Shown here: one piece after another, positions 28,184 through 37,110 of the stretch | Layout of the letters: each line of letters opens with the position of its first letter | Position numbering within the stretch: the stretch's first letter is position 1 | NCBI GenBank assembly: GCA_041484665.1 | Contig: JBGPIA010000003.1 | Span: forward strand, 160,001 to 224,000 | Origin: Candidatus Krumholzibacteriia bacterium | Lineage (GTDB): Bacteria > Krumholzibacteriota > Krumholzibacteriia > JAJRXK01 | DNA: 64,000 nt | Reading direction: 5' to 3' | The notes under the pieces: model-generated | What the model was told of the DNA's origin: nothing | The model's input: the letters and a program-made list of their open reading frames with translations, nothing else | Databases searched by the model: none | Position numbers and translations under genes: made by a program

Positions 28184-29773
28184 CTAGTCAAGGCCGTCGA
28201 GGTAGGCCTTGACCTCGTCGTAGACCTCGCGCCGCAGCCCGGTGCGGTCATTGAGCAGGCGTTTGAGCTCCAGCTTGCTGGTGTATTTCACGTGGATGAA
28301 CTTGCGCAGGGCCTTGACCGGCAGGCGTACCGGCGAGCGGAGCAGCAGAAGCGGCACGTTCTTGTTGGCGTAGCCGCTGTGCAGGGGCTTGCTCTCGCAG
28401 ATGAGCTCCAGCACGCGCAGGTTGCGGCAGCTGACGGCGACCATCGCCACGAGGCCCGGCGTGGAGATGACCTTGGAGTTCTTGAGCAGGCCCAGCAGCA
28501 CGCTGGTGTTGGTGATATTGGCGAGCACCAGGTCCTTGATCGTCGCGAACTCGTCCTGCGGAGTCGCCTCGGTGGGCGCGAGCGGCAGCGGTAGCCCCAC
28601 CGGAGCGTAGACGCGACGCGCGGCCGATGGATCGAACGGCAAGCGCAGGATGCCGTCGGCCAGCTCCACGCCCGCCGGCAGCGCGGGCTGCAGGGCCGCG
28701 CAGACCTCGCGCCCGGCGGGCAGCGTCACGCAGCGGTCGGCGTTGAAGTCCAACGCGAGCAGCACGGCCTCTACGGCATCCAGCGCGCGCGGGCGCAGCC
28801 CGGCCTCGTGAAGCACCACCCCCAGCCCGAGCAGACGCTCGGCGTAGTAGGCCAGCATCCGCCCCGGCAGTGGCGAGCGCTGGATGCCCGACAGCAGACG
28901 TCGCACGAGCTGCAGCCGCGGCTCGAGCCCGACGCGGGAGAGCAGCCGGCGGATCTCGTCGGTCTCGAGGTAGTCACGCAACAGTGGATGCTGTTCCTGG
29001 AAGATGGCCGATCGGCCGTGCTGCTCGAGGGCCTCGACGAACGCAAGGTGGTCGCGCACCTCGGAGTCAGCGCCGCTGAGGATCGGCATGACGAGGGAGA
29101 CGGCTCGCGAAGAATAGGGGTTGATCGAGCCTGCCAGCTCGCTCGCGCGCTGCTCGGAAGCCAAGAGCTCCAGGCGGGCCAGCTCCACGAAGCAGCTGAT
29201 CGCCGCCTCGGCCAGCACGCCCCGCTCATCGAGCTGGCGCACGACCGCGGCGAACGCCAGCCGCGGGACACGCGCCGGGCCCAGATCCAGCGGCGAGGGC
29301 AGCCCGCCCGCGTCGTGCCCGACCTTGTCGAGCACGTGCGCGTGGCGCTCCTGGGCTCGCGCCAGGCGGTCCAGCAGGTCGCACTCGGCCGCCGACAGTA
29401 CCTTCGCGCGGTCGCGGCGGTGCTGGTAGCGCTGTGCGATGCGGTGCAGGCTGCGGAACTCGCGGATGCGCTCGATCACCTCCGGCCCCGGCGCGCGCAC
29501 GGCCAAGAGCGCGGCGAGCGCAGCGACGCCGAACGGCTGTCCGGAGGCCGAGGCGGCGACGATCCCCTCCAGCGCGCCCACCAGCGAGGGCTCCCCCAGC
29601 CGCTTGCGCAGCCACCCGTACAGGGCGCGGGAGCGCGAGGCGACGTCGGACTCCCCGGCAAGTTCTTCCAGGAGGTCCACGGCCTCCCGCTCGATCCGGA
29701 CACGGCCCAGCAGGTGGGTTGGAGTGTCGAGGAGAGGCTCGGTCGGGAGGGCAATGTACTGGTTCTGCGCCAC
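28184..29773 (-). CDS. Hypothetical alpha-helical protein with conserved-looking C-terminal helical-repeat domain
   Basis: Long ORF with coding-like composition. C-terminal 'LLKNSKV...LELI...YANKNVPLLLLRSP...LELKRL...REV'. Start uncertain. Confidence 0.65.
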   Translation of the reverse strand: MAQNQYIALPTEPLLDTPTHLLGRVRIEREAVDLLEELAGESDVASRSRALYGWLRKRLGEPSLVGALEGIVAASASGQPFGVAALAALLAVRAPGPEVIERIREFRSLHRIAQRYQHRRDRAKVLSAAECDLLDRLARAQERHAHVLDKVGHDAGGLPSPLDLGPARVPRLAFAAVVRQLDERGVLAEAAISCFVELARLELLASEQRASELAGSINPYSSRAVSLVMPILSGADSEVRDHLAFVEALEQHGRSAIFQEQHPLLRDYLETDEIRRLLSRVGLEPRLQLVRRLLSGIQRSPLPGRMLAYYAERLLGLGVVLHEAGLRPRALDAVEAVLLALDFNADRCVTLPAGREVCAALQPALPAGVELADGILRLPFDPSAARRVYAPVGLPLPLAPTEATPQDEFATIKDLVLANITNTSVLLGLLKNSKVISTPGLVAMVAVSCRNLRVLELICESKPLHSGYANKNVPLLLLRSPVRLPVKALRKFIHVKYTSKLELKRLLNDRTGLRREVYDEVKAYLDGLD

Positions 29774-29849
29774 GCCCCACGGGCGAGCAACCTTTGCACC
29801 AGACGCCACAGGGGATCCCGTGGCCCGCTCGCGGCCGACCCTCCCGCGG

Positions 29850-31499
29850 TCATTCCCTCGCGTGGGCCATGAGGCGCACGCCCAGCTCGAGGGCATTGCC
29901 GCGGTCGCCGCCGGCTGCCGCGGCCAGATAGGCGGCCAGATCGAGGTCACCGGTGCGGGCCGAGAGCGCCGCGACGCCTCGCGCTCCGCCGGCCGGCACC
30001 CACGCTCCCACCGCCCCGTAACCGGGCGCAGCGATGGCCCACGGCGCCGCGCCCCCGGAGCAAGCGGCCGCCGCCAGCAGCCAGTGCGCGCCCGCCGTAC
30101 CGCCCAGTGCCCCGCGAATGGCCGTTGCGATCAAGATGCTTCCACCTCCGCTCGCACTCCACAGGCGGCGGGCGGCGACCTCCCGCTGGGGCCCGCCGAT
30201 CCCGGGTGGATCTCGCCAACGGACTGCGGTCGTCAGCTCGGGCGAGGCGGGTCCGGGACCCTCCAGATCGACGCGAGCCCAGGCTCGCCACAGCCCCGCG
30301 GGGCCGGGCCCCTCGGCGTCTGCCTCGAAGCGGTCCTGCGTGCGCTCCGCCCCCGGCGCACCCCGGCGCATGCGCCGCGCGAGGAACGTCGCGGACCAGC
30401 GGTCCACCCGGCGCACGAGCGTCGCCTGCAGCGCCCCATGTGGGCGATCGAGCGGCAGCCGCGTGATGGGATCCTCTCCTTCGCCCAGGCCCGCCGGATC
30501 GGCGGTGAGCGCCAGCCCCAGGCGGGCGCGCTCGCCGCGCGCCTCCAGTGCCGCAGCCACACGGGCCGGTGAGTGGGATGGCATTGCCAGCTCGCAGCGC
30601 AGGCGCGCAGTGCCGCGCGTGCGCTGGACCCACAGCCCCGTCTGCGCGTCGCCGCCGTGGACGGCCAGGGCGCCGCCCACTACGAGCGCCCCCCCGTCAC
30701 CGAGCGCGTGGCTGCCCGCCACGAGGGCGCGGCGGCGCCCCGAGATCGGGTCATCCGCGAGTGCGGCCAACGCCGCGAGCCGGGACAGTCGGGTAGCCCC
30801 CGCCAGTCCGCGCCAGCGGGGCGGCGCCGTGGCAGTGTAAGGGCGCAGCCCGAAGCGCTCCCCCAGCGCGACCGGGCCCGTGCGGCTGCGCGCAGCGGGC
30901 TCTCCCAGCAGCAGCCCCGAGCCCGTGGCCGGTTGCAGGTCGCCGACCACGAGCTCCAGACGCTCGCCGTGCACGTCCAGTGCGCCGCGTTGCAGCGCCG
31001 CGCCACCCGACGACCGCCGCAGGCGCGCCAGCGCGCGTGCCGCTCCCCACTGCAGCTGCGCCCATCCGCCGTGACGGCTGGAGCCCGCACTGTCCAGAGC
31101 CGACTCCAGCCGGACCGAGAGCGCCGGCCGTGGCGCTGCGGGCGACAGCGAAACGAACGGACGCAGCGCCTCCAGGATCTCGGCGTCGATGCCCGGCACG
31201 AGCCGCAGGTCCTCGATCCGCTGCAAGGCTCCCGCGTCGCGCAGCCCGACGATGGCATCGGCGGTGAGCGGATCGATCCACGGCAAGAGTACCAGCTCGG
31301 TCGCGGTGGCTTCGCGCAAGTCGAGCGGCTGCTCGAGCCAGCGTTGCAGCGCCTCCAACACGTCCTCGTCGTCATCCGCGCGGGCCATGGGCGCCACCAC
31401 GGCGAGCAAGCACGCTAGCGCCGCGAGGCGACTCAGCAGCGGCCGCACACCCAGACGGCCGGCGGGGCGCGGTCGGCTCCACGCGTAGCGGGGGCTCAT
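29850..31499 (-). CDS. Secreted ComEA-type helix-hairpin-helix protein with beta-rich C-terminal region
   Basis: Signal peptide, then 'PLDLREAT.TEL..LPWI....ADAIV..R...L..IEDL..VPGI....LE.LRPFV' (tandem HhH). Confidence 0.75.
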   Translation of the reverse strand: MSPRYAWSRPRPAGRLGVRPLLSRLAALACLLAVVAPMARADDDEDVLEALQRWLEQPLDLREATATELVLLPWIDPLTADAIVGLRDAGALQRIEDLRLVPGIDAEILEALRPFVSLSPAAPRPALSVRLESALDSAGSSRHGGWAQLQWGAARALARLRRSSGGAALQRGALDVHGERLELVVGDLQPATGSGLLLGEPAARSRTGPVALGERFGLRPYTATAPPRWRGLAGATRLSRLAALAALADDPISGRRRALVAGSHALGDGGALVVGGALAVHGGDAQTGLWVQRTRGTARLRCELAMPSHSPARVAAALEARGERARLGLALTADPAGLGEGEDPITRLPLDRPHGALQATLVRRVDRWSATFLARRMRRGAPGAERTQDRFEADAEGPGPAGLWRAWARVDLEGPGPASPELTTAVRWRDPPGIGGPQREVAARRLWSASGGGSILIATAIRGALGGTAGAHWLLAAAACSGGAAPWAIAAPGYGAVGAWVPAGGARGVAALSARTGDLDLAAYLAAAAGGDRGNALELGVRLMAHARE

Positions 31500-32269
31500 G
31501 GCGCACCTCCCGCCGAGAGCGAGACGCCCAGCGCCGCCCCGGCGCCGACCGCCGAGACGACGGGCACGGCCACGCTAACCGTCGCCGCGCGTACGCGCAG
31601 GACTGCGACCAGCTCGCCGTCGGACTCGCCGCCGCGCACTGCCAGCACCAGTGCGTGCCCCAGCGCGGCCCGCAGCCCCACCCGCCACGTCGGCGGACCG
31701 CCGTAGCGCGACGAGCGGCGCGCGACGCCGGCGGCCCAGCCGTCGCCGTAGACGTGCGCGCTCCACTCCAGCTGCGAACCGGCCGAGTTTGGGCTCGGGT
31801 GCAGCGGGCCTTCGAAGCGCGCTCCGGCGGCAGCGCGCCGGCCCAGGAACGCCGCATTCGCCGCAACGCGCAGTTGGGAGAAGCGGTCGATGCCCGCCAC
31901 CTCGGATTGCACGGCCTCCAGCCGCGCGCCAGCCGCCAACCTGGGCCCGCGCGCCCGCAGCTCCACAGCAGCCGCCAGCTCGTTCAGCGCGCCAGCCCGC
32001 AGCGTGGCGAGGGCGCCGGCGGGCTGCAGCGGCCCCTGCACGGGCAGCACGCCGCAGATCCAACCGGCGCGAGCGTCCAGCAGCTCCACCGGACGTGCGA
32101 CGCCGAAGCCAAGCGAGCCCGCGTCGGCCTCCAACCAGCGGGACGCGGGCAGCGTCTCGAGGCGCTGCGGGCCGTCGAAGCCCGCGGCGCGAACGGTTGG
32201 GCCGACGCAAGTGGCCATGAGCAGTAGCGCCGTTGCGTGCACCGCAGCAGCGCGGCGGCGCGCGCTCAT
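31496..32269 (-). CDS. Hypothetical secreted protein, possible small beta-barrel
   Basis: Signal peptide and alternating beta pattern. C-terminal 'VGAGAALGVSL'. ATGA overlaps on both sides. Confidence 0.5.
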   Translation of the reverse strand: MSARRRAAAVHATALLLMATCVGPTVRAAGFDGPQRLETLPASRWLEADAGSLGFGVARPVELLDARAGWICGVLPVQGPLQPAGALATLRAGALNELAAAVELRARGPRLAAGARLEAVQSEVAGIDRFSQLRVAANAAFLGRRAAAGARFEGPLHPSPNSAGSQLEWSAHVYGDGWAAGVARRSSRYGGPPTWRVGLRAALGHALVLAVRGGESDGELVAVLRVRAATVSVAVPVVSAVGAGAALGVSLSAGGAP

Positions 32270-34020
32270 CGCCGCCTCCCCAGCACGGTCAGCGCGCGCC
32301 AGGTCGCCCCCGGCGCCGCCGGCGTGGCGCCGGCGCGGACCACGACGACGTAGGCGCCCACAGGCGCGGGGCGACCGGCGGCGTCGCGGCCGTCCCACAG
32401 CCACTGGCGCAGCGTGCCCCCGCCGTCGTCCTGCCCCAGAGCGAGCACGCGCTCGCCCCCCAGGTCGAGCACCTCCGCCGCCAGCGGGCCGGCGGGCTGC
32501 TGCACGTGCAGCAGCACGTGGAGCACGTCACCGTCGCCGTCGGCGTCGGGCGTGAACGGGTTGGGCGTCACCAGCAGCCCGGCGCGCGGCGGCGCGACCG
32601 CCGCCGAGAGGTTCGCCCGCCCCGGCGTCGGGTTCCCGGGGGCGGGAAACCACGGCGCCGGGCTGTCGCCGTCGAACAGCCCGCGCTCGATGCTGCGCCC
32701 GGCTTCGCGGAGCAGACGCGCATCGTAGGCCAGGTAGTCCACGGCCGCGCCGGCCCGGTCCAGCAGCAGGATCTCGTCGATCACGTCAGCGCCCGCGCCA
32801 GCCGTGTTGTTCAAGGAAGGCCAGCCCTCTGCCACGCCCGTGCAGGTCACCGCCGGCGGAAGGGCGCGGCGTTCGCGCAGGCGCTGCGGATCGGCGCTCA
32901 GCAGCAGGAACTCGCCCGCGCGCAGCCGCGGCGCGCCGGCAATCGCGTGGGGCGTGCGCGTCGCGTCAGCGATGGACCAGCCGCTGAGATCCACGTCGTC
33001 GTCGCGGCCGATGAGCTCGATCCACTCGGGCTCGCCTTGCTGCGGGCGGGGCATGATCTCGCTGAGAGCGACCGGGCCGGGCCCCACGCGCAGCGGCACG
33101 CGCAGCGTGTCGGCCGGGCCCGGGCTCGCGGGCACCGCCAGCGCGCACAGCGCGTGCGTGCCCTCGGACAGCCACATGACAATCTCCGCCGCCACCGTGT
33201 CGGCGCGCGCGGCCTGCAAGTCCTGCGTGCGCAGCAGTGCTCCATCGAGCTCCCAGCGCAGCTCGCCCTGCTGCGCCGACTCGTACCCGCGAGCCAGCCA
33301 CTGCGTCCGCACGCGCAGCTCGCCGGCCGAAGGCCTCCAGGGCGGATCCGTGCGCGCGCCCAGCGCCACGAAGGCGTGGGCAGCCGCATTGCCGCGGCCG
33401 GGGCTGGGCTGCGGCAGCGCGGCGAAGTCGTGGGCGTTGTCGCCGCTGTCGCTGCCATCAGGCACGCGGCCAAGGCTGGTGCCCGACGGGTCCGGCGCCG
33501 GCCCGCCCTCGCCCAGGCCCGCGAGGTCGCCGTAGGCCAGGCGGTCGAGCGCGCTCGACCCGCGCATCAACCACAGCGCATCGGGCCCGTTCTGCAGCGC
33601 GAGGTCGGCCACCGCGTCGGCGCCCGGCACTTGCGGTCCGCCGATCACGAAGAATCCGCCGGGGGGGACGGTCGCCTGCCCCGTACCGGTCCACTCGGTG
33701 ACCGGCCGCTCTGGATCGGCACCATTGACGAACACCAGCACGCACCCTCCTACAGCGAGCGGCCCGCTGGTGGGATTGAAGAGCTCGACGAACTCGTATC
33801 CGGTGTCGGGTCCGGGCGGATCGTAGAGCACCTCGTTGAGAACCAGATCAGAGGGGGGCGCCGCGCGCGCGGTCGCTCCGTCAACGGACAGGGCGGCAGC
33901 GCAAAGCGGCCGGGCGGGTGCGCGCAGGACGGATGCGCCGATCGCGAAGAGGACGAGCAGCGGTAGAGGCGAACGCAGCGGCGGGCGCGGCGGCACGCTG
34001 CGGTGCGAGGGAACGCACAC
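32266..34020 (-). CDS. Secreted protein with two lamin-tail domains and a C-terminal FlgD-Ig/T9SS-like sorting domain
   Basis: 'LVLNEVLYDP.G.D...EFVELFNP' and 'LSEIMPRP....EWIEL....VDLSGWSI.D'. C-terminal 'PNPFTPDADG.GD...WDGRD..G...GAYVV'. Confidence 0.85.
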   Translation of the reverse strand: MCVPSHRSVPPRPPLRSPLPLLVLFAIGASVLRAPARPLCAAALSVDGATARAAPPSDLVLNEVLYDPPGPDTGYEFVELFNPTSGPLAVGGCVLVFVNGADPERPVTEWTGTGQATVPPGGFFVIGGPQVPGADAVADLALQNGPDALWLMRGSSALDRLAYGDLAGLGEGGPAPDPSGTSLGRVPDGSDSGDNAHDFAALPQPSPGRGNAAAHAFVALGARTDPPWRPSAGELRVRTQWLARGYESAQQGELRWELDGALLRTQDLQAARADTVAAEIVMWLSEGTHALCALAVPASPGPADTLRVPLRVGPGPVALSEIMPRPQQGEPEWIELIGRDDDVDLSGWSIADATRTPHAIAGAPRLRAGEFLLLSADPQRLRERRALPPAVTCTGVAEGWPSLNNTAGAGADVIDEILLLDRAGAAVDYLAYDARLLREAGRSIERGLFDGDSPAPWFPAPGNPTPGRANLSAAVAPPRAGLLVTPNPFTPDADGDGDVLHVLLHVQQPAGPLAAEVLDLGGERVLALGQDDGGGTLRQWLWDGRDAAGRPAPVGAYVVVVRAGATPAAPGATWRALTVLGRRR

Positions 34021-34120
34021 GACGGCTCCTTGCAGGAGGCCGGGGCGCGGGAAGCGTGAAGGCGGAGGCGCGCGGGAGGCGCACGGTCGGCAGAGCCTGG
34101 CAGCGTAGTGACCGGTCGAG

Positions 34121-36406
34121 CTACACAAGCCCCCAGCGCTTGCGCAACGCCCATTCAACTGCCAGGGAGCCCAGCAGCGGTAGCAGCAGCCAGAGGCTGT
34201 CCCACAGGTCGATGCGCCCGGTCAGGACGCTGTCCCGCGCGTGCAGCGGCAGCTCGCGGGCCCAGCGGTCGAGCTCGTCTGGGCGCAGCGTCCGGCCCCC
34301 GGTCATCTGCGCGATGCGCGTCAACGACGCGCGGTCGACCTGGGGATGGCGGAACTCCACCGAGTAGGGATCGATCTCCAGACGCGACCACGGGGCGGTT
34401 ACGCGCCCGGACTTCTCCTCCATGGCCAGGCGCAGCGCGTAGCGCCCCGGCGGAAGCGCCGGCAGGGCGATGGTTCGTCCACCGGGATTGTGCGGATCGA
34501 TCTGCATCGGCGCGCGCCCGGTGGGCTGCGCCGTGGTGTCGCCGGGCGCCACCTCTCCGGCAAGCCACTCGAGCCAGACATCGCTGACGTCATCGGGCTG
34601 CAAGCGCGGATCCAATGCCAGCCCGTGGAGCATGACGTCCTCGCCGGTGGCGAACACGGGCCGCGGTAGAACCAGGCGCAGGCGCGTGCGGTCGCCACCC
34701 TCGGCCAGGAAATAGAGCAGGTTGCCCAGCAGCGCCTCGAAGACGTCCTCGGTCTGCGTCTCGCCCAACCGCCAGAACGACCACGACCACAGCGGCGCGC
34801 CCAGCCACGCTGCCACCGTGCCCTGCCCTCGCTTGCGCACGACCAAGAGCGGTGTGGAGGTGGCCTCGGCCTGCGCACGCAGCAGCTCGTCGGTGTCGGC
34901 GGTCAGGGTGGCGCCGTGCAGCACCTGCCAGAGCGGTGGCAGCTCGTTCAGGCGTTCGTCGAGCGCGCCCAGCTCGGGCGGAAGCAACATCACCGGATGG
35001 CCGCGTCCGGTAGGTGTGACGCGCACGCGGTAGCGCCCCTGGACCCAGCCGGCGCCCGCGCCGAGTCCCAGGGGGAGCAGATCGCGAGCGTTGCGCGGTA
35101 ACGCCGAGAGGTCGACGCTGGAGCCCGGGGGCGCCTCCCCCAATAGTACGAGCAGCCCCGCGCCGCCCTCGATCGCCGCTGGCACCGCGCTGCCTTCCGC
35201 GCACAGCGTGGCGAGATCGGTGAGCGAGCCGGCGATCCAGGTATCGACCCGCCGCGCCTGCCGGGGTGAGGTGGGAACCGTCCAGCTGCTATCGGTGCCC
35301 GCCACCCGCCAGCCATCCTCGGCCCGGTAGACGCCGGTGAGCTTGAAGCGGCGGTCCCGCGCCGTCCGGCGGGCCAGGAAGTGGAAGTTCCAGCTGGGAC
35401 GCTCCTCCAGGAGCACCAGGCGCAGCCGCTCCTTGCGCACCTCCACTCCGACCTGGGCGGCGTTGTTCTGCTGCAGGTGCTCCCCCGGCGCGGGCTCGAC
35501 GCGCAGGGTCCACGAGCGCATCCCCAGACTGTCGGCTCGGACGCGGAAGGTGATCGGGAAGCGCCCCCCGCCCTGCGGCCACTGCACGCGCACGCTGTCC
35601 ACCGGCCCGCGCTCCCCGCGCAGGACCGCCGTAGTCGAGCCCGCCGCGATCCCATCGGCGACCACCTCGGCGTCGACTTGCAGGGTCTCGCCGCGATACA
35701 CCAACGGCGGGTAACGCACGCGATCGAGGCGCAGGTCGGCGGGCCCGATGCTGTCCCCGACGGCCACTGCGTACACGGGCACGTGGATCCCTTGCAGCGA
35801 GGGCGAGCGCGCAGCGGTAGTCACGCCGTCGGTGAGCAGCAGGATGGCGGCGAGGTTGTCCTCGAGGTGGTGCTGGGCGGCCGAGATCAGCAGGGCGGGC
35901 AGGTCGGTGCCCTCGCTGCTAGTGGAGGTGGAGGGAGGCACGGCCTCGCTCAAGGGCACCGAGGCGTGCAGGCGTGTGGAGCCTTCCCCGGCCCACAGCC
36001 GCGCGCCCTCGCCGCGGCCGCGCAACCGGGTGAGCGCCTGATCGCGGAGCGCGCGCGCCTGCTGGGCGCGCGTCATGCCTCCCTCGCCCTCGATGCCCAT
36101 GCTCCCGCTGTCATCGGTGAGCACGAGCACGCCCGGCGCAACGTGCACCTGCTTCTGCTGCTGCAGCACCGGCTCGGCCAGCATCGCAACGAGCAGAAAC
36201 AGCGCCAGCGCGCGCAGCGACGTGAGCGCGGCGCGCCGGACGCCTGCGAGCTCGGGCTCGGTGCGCCGGTAGACCAGGGTCGCAAAGACGATCCCGGCCG
36301 CGGCTAGGGCGACACTCAAAGCCAGCGCGCCGGTGCCGCCTGCCGCAAAACGCAGCGTGGCCGCAGTCGAAGTGGTCAGCGTGAAGGGGCTCGCGGAAGG
36401 AGTCAC
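34121..36406 (-). CDS. Membrane-anchored vWA-like / Ig / GATase-like multidomain protein
   Basis: Two N-terminal TMs ('LRALALFLLVAMLAEP'), MIDAS-like 'DDSGSM', 'LLTDG', 'PVYAV.VG', 'E...NN' Ig end, 'WSW.FW', C-terminal TM 'EWALRKRWGL'. Confidence 0.8.
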   Translation of the reverse strand: MTPSASPFTLTTSTAATLRFAAGGTGALALSVALAAAGIVFATLVYRRTEPELAGVRRAALTSLRALALFLLVAMLAEPVLQQQKQVHVAPGVLVLTDDSGSMGIEGEGGMTRAQQARALRDQALTRLRGRGEGARLWAGEGSTRLHASVPLSEAVPPSTSTSSEGTDLPALLISAAQHHLEDNLAAILLLTDGVTTAARSPSLQGIHVPVYAVAVGDSIGPADLRLDRVRYPPLVYRGETLQVDAEVVADGIAAGSTTAVLRGERGPVDSVRVQWPQGGGRFPITFRVRADSLGMRSWTLRVEPAPGEHLQQNNAAQVGVEVRKERLRLVLLEERPSWNFHFLARRTARDRRFKLTGVYRAEDGWRVAGTDSSWTVPTSPRQARRVDTWIAGSLTDLATLCAEGSAVPAAIEGGAGLLVLLGEAPPGSSVDLSALPRNARDLLPLGLGAGAGWVQGRYRVRVTPTGRGHPVMLLPPELGALDERLNELPPLWQVLHGATLTADTDELLRAQAEATSTPLLVVRKRGQGTVAAWLGAPLWSWSFWRLGETQTEDVFEALLGNLLYFLAEGGDRTRLRLVLPRPVFATGEDVMLHGLALDPRLQPDDVSDVWLEWLAGEVAPGDTTAQPTGRAPMQIDPHNPGGRTIALPALPPGRYALRLAMEEKSGRVTAPWSRLEIDPYSVEFRHPQVDRASLTRIAQMTGGRTLRPDELDRWARELPLHARDSVLTGRIDLWDSLWLLLPLLGSLAVEWALRKRWGLV

Positions 36407-36525
36407 TCTGCTTCGCTCACCGCGAGAGGCGCCAACTGCCCCGCGCGAGCCGCGCCCGGATGGGGGCCGGCTCCGCGTGCCGCGGGACCGGGAGGCGGTG
36501 GGATGTCGCAAGACAGTCTACGGCG

Positions 36526-36558
36526 AAAAGCAGCGGCTCCGCCAGTGAGGCGGAGCCG
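36526..36558 (-). terminator. Probable intrinsic terminator after the STAS gene
   Basis: Perfect 10-bp stem CGGCTCCGCC-TCACT-GGCGGAGCCG followed by CTGCTTTT on the minus strand. Confidence 0.65.
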
Positions 36559-36595
36559 GTGCGCGGGAAGAGCGATGGATCGGCGGTCGCGCCGG

Positions 36596-36961
36596 TCAGG
36601 AGGCGTGGGCGACGGCGGCCACCCGGGCATCCTCGACGGTGGGATAGGCCTCGAGGATGTTCTGGAACTCCAGCAGCTCGAAGACCTCGTAGACGTCGGG
36701 CACCATTCCCACCAGCTTCAAATCGCCGCCATTCTCGCGGATCTCGCGGATGACCGAGATGAAGATCCCCCAGCCCGCCGAGCTGATATAGGAGACCTTT
36801 CCAAGGTCCACGATGAGGTTGTAGCGGCCGTTCTGGATGAGCCGCTTCAGCTCCCGTTCGAGGTCCACGGAGGTGGTGGTGTCGATGTACCCGGAGACCT
36901 CGAGGGCATCCAGGTTCGCCTTCGGATCGATGGTGCGCGTGGAAACCGAGATACCTTCCAT
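36596..36961 (-). CDS. STAS-domain anti-sigma-factor antagonist (RsbV/SpoIIAA family)
   Basis: 'VSGYIDTTT', 'LIVDLGKVSYISSAGWG' (phospho-Ser motif), 'GGDLKL', 'VYEVFELL'. AAGGAG RBS. Confidence 0.93.
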   Translation of the reverse strand: MEGISVSTRTIDPKANLDALEVSGYIDTTTSVDLERELKRLIQNGRYNLIVDLGKVSYISSAGWGIFISVIREIRENGGDLKLVGMVPDVYEVFELLEFQNILEAYPTVEDARVAAVAHAS

Positions 36962-37089
36962 CGCGTGCCCAGCTCCTTTGCGGCCGGCCCCAGGGGGCCA
37001 ACTCGTTGCGATTCTTCGTGTTGCTCCTGCAGCCGCCCCCGCACCGCGTGCCGGCCTTCTGCGGGCGGTCACAGGCCAGGACAGGTCCG

Positions 37090-37106
37090 TGCAAGGTTCG
37101 GTCCAA
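37090..37106 (-). promoter_or_regulatory. Candidate sigma54 (-24/-12) promoter for the STAS gene
   Basis: Minus strand TTGGACCGAACCTTGCA (GG-N10-GC). Confidence 0.55.
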
Positions 37107-37110
37107 CGAG

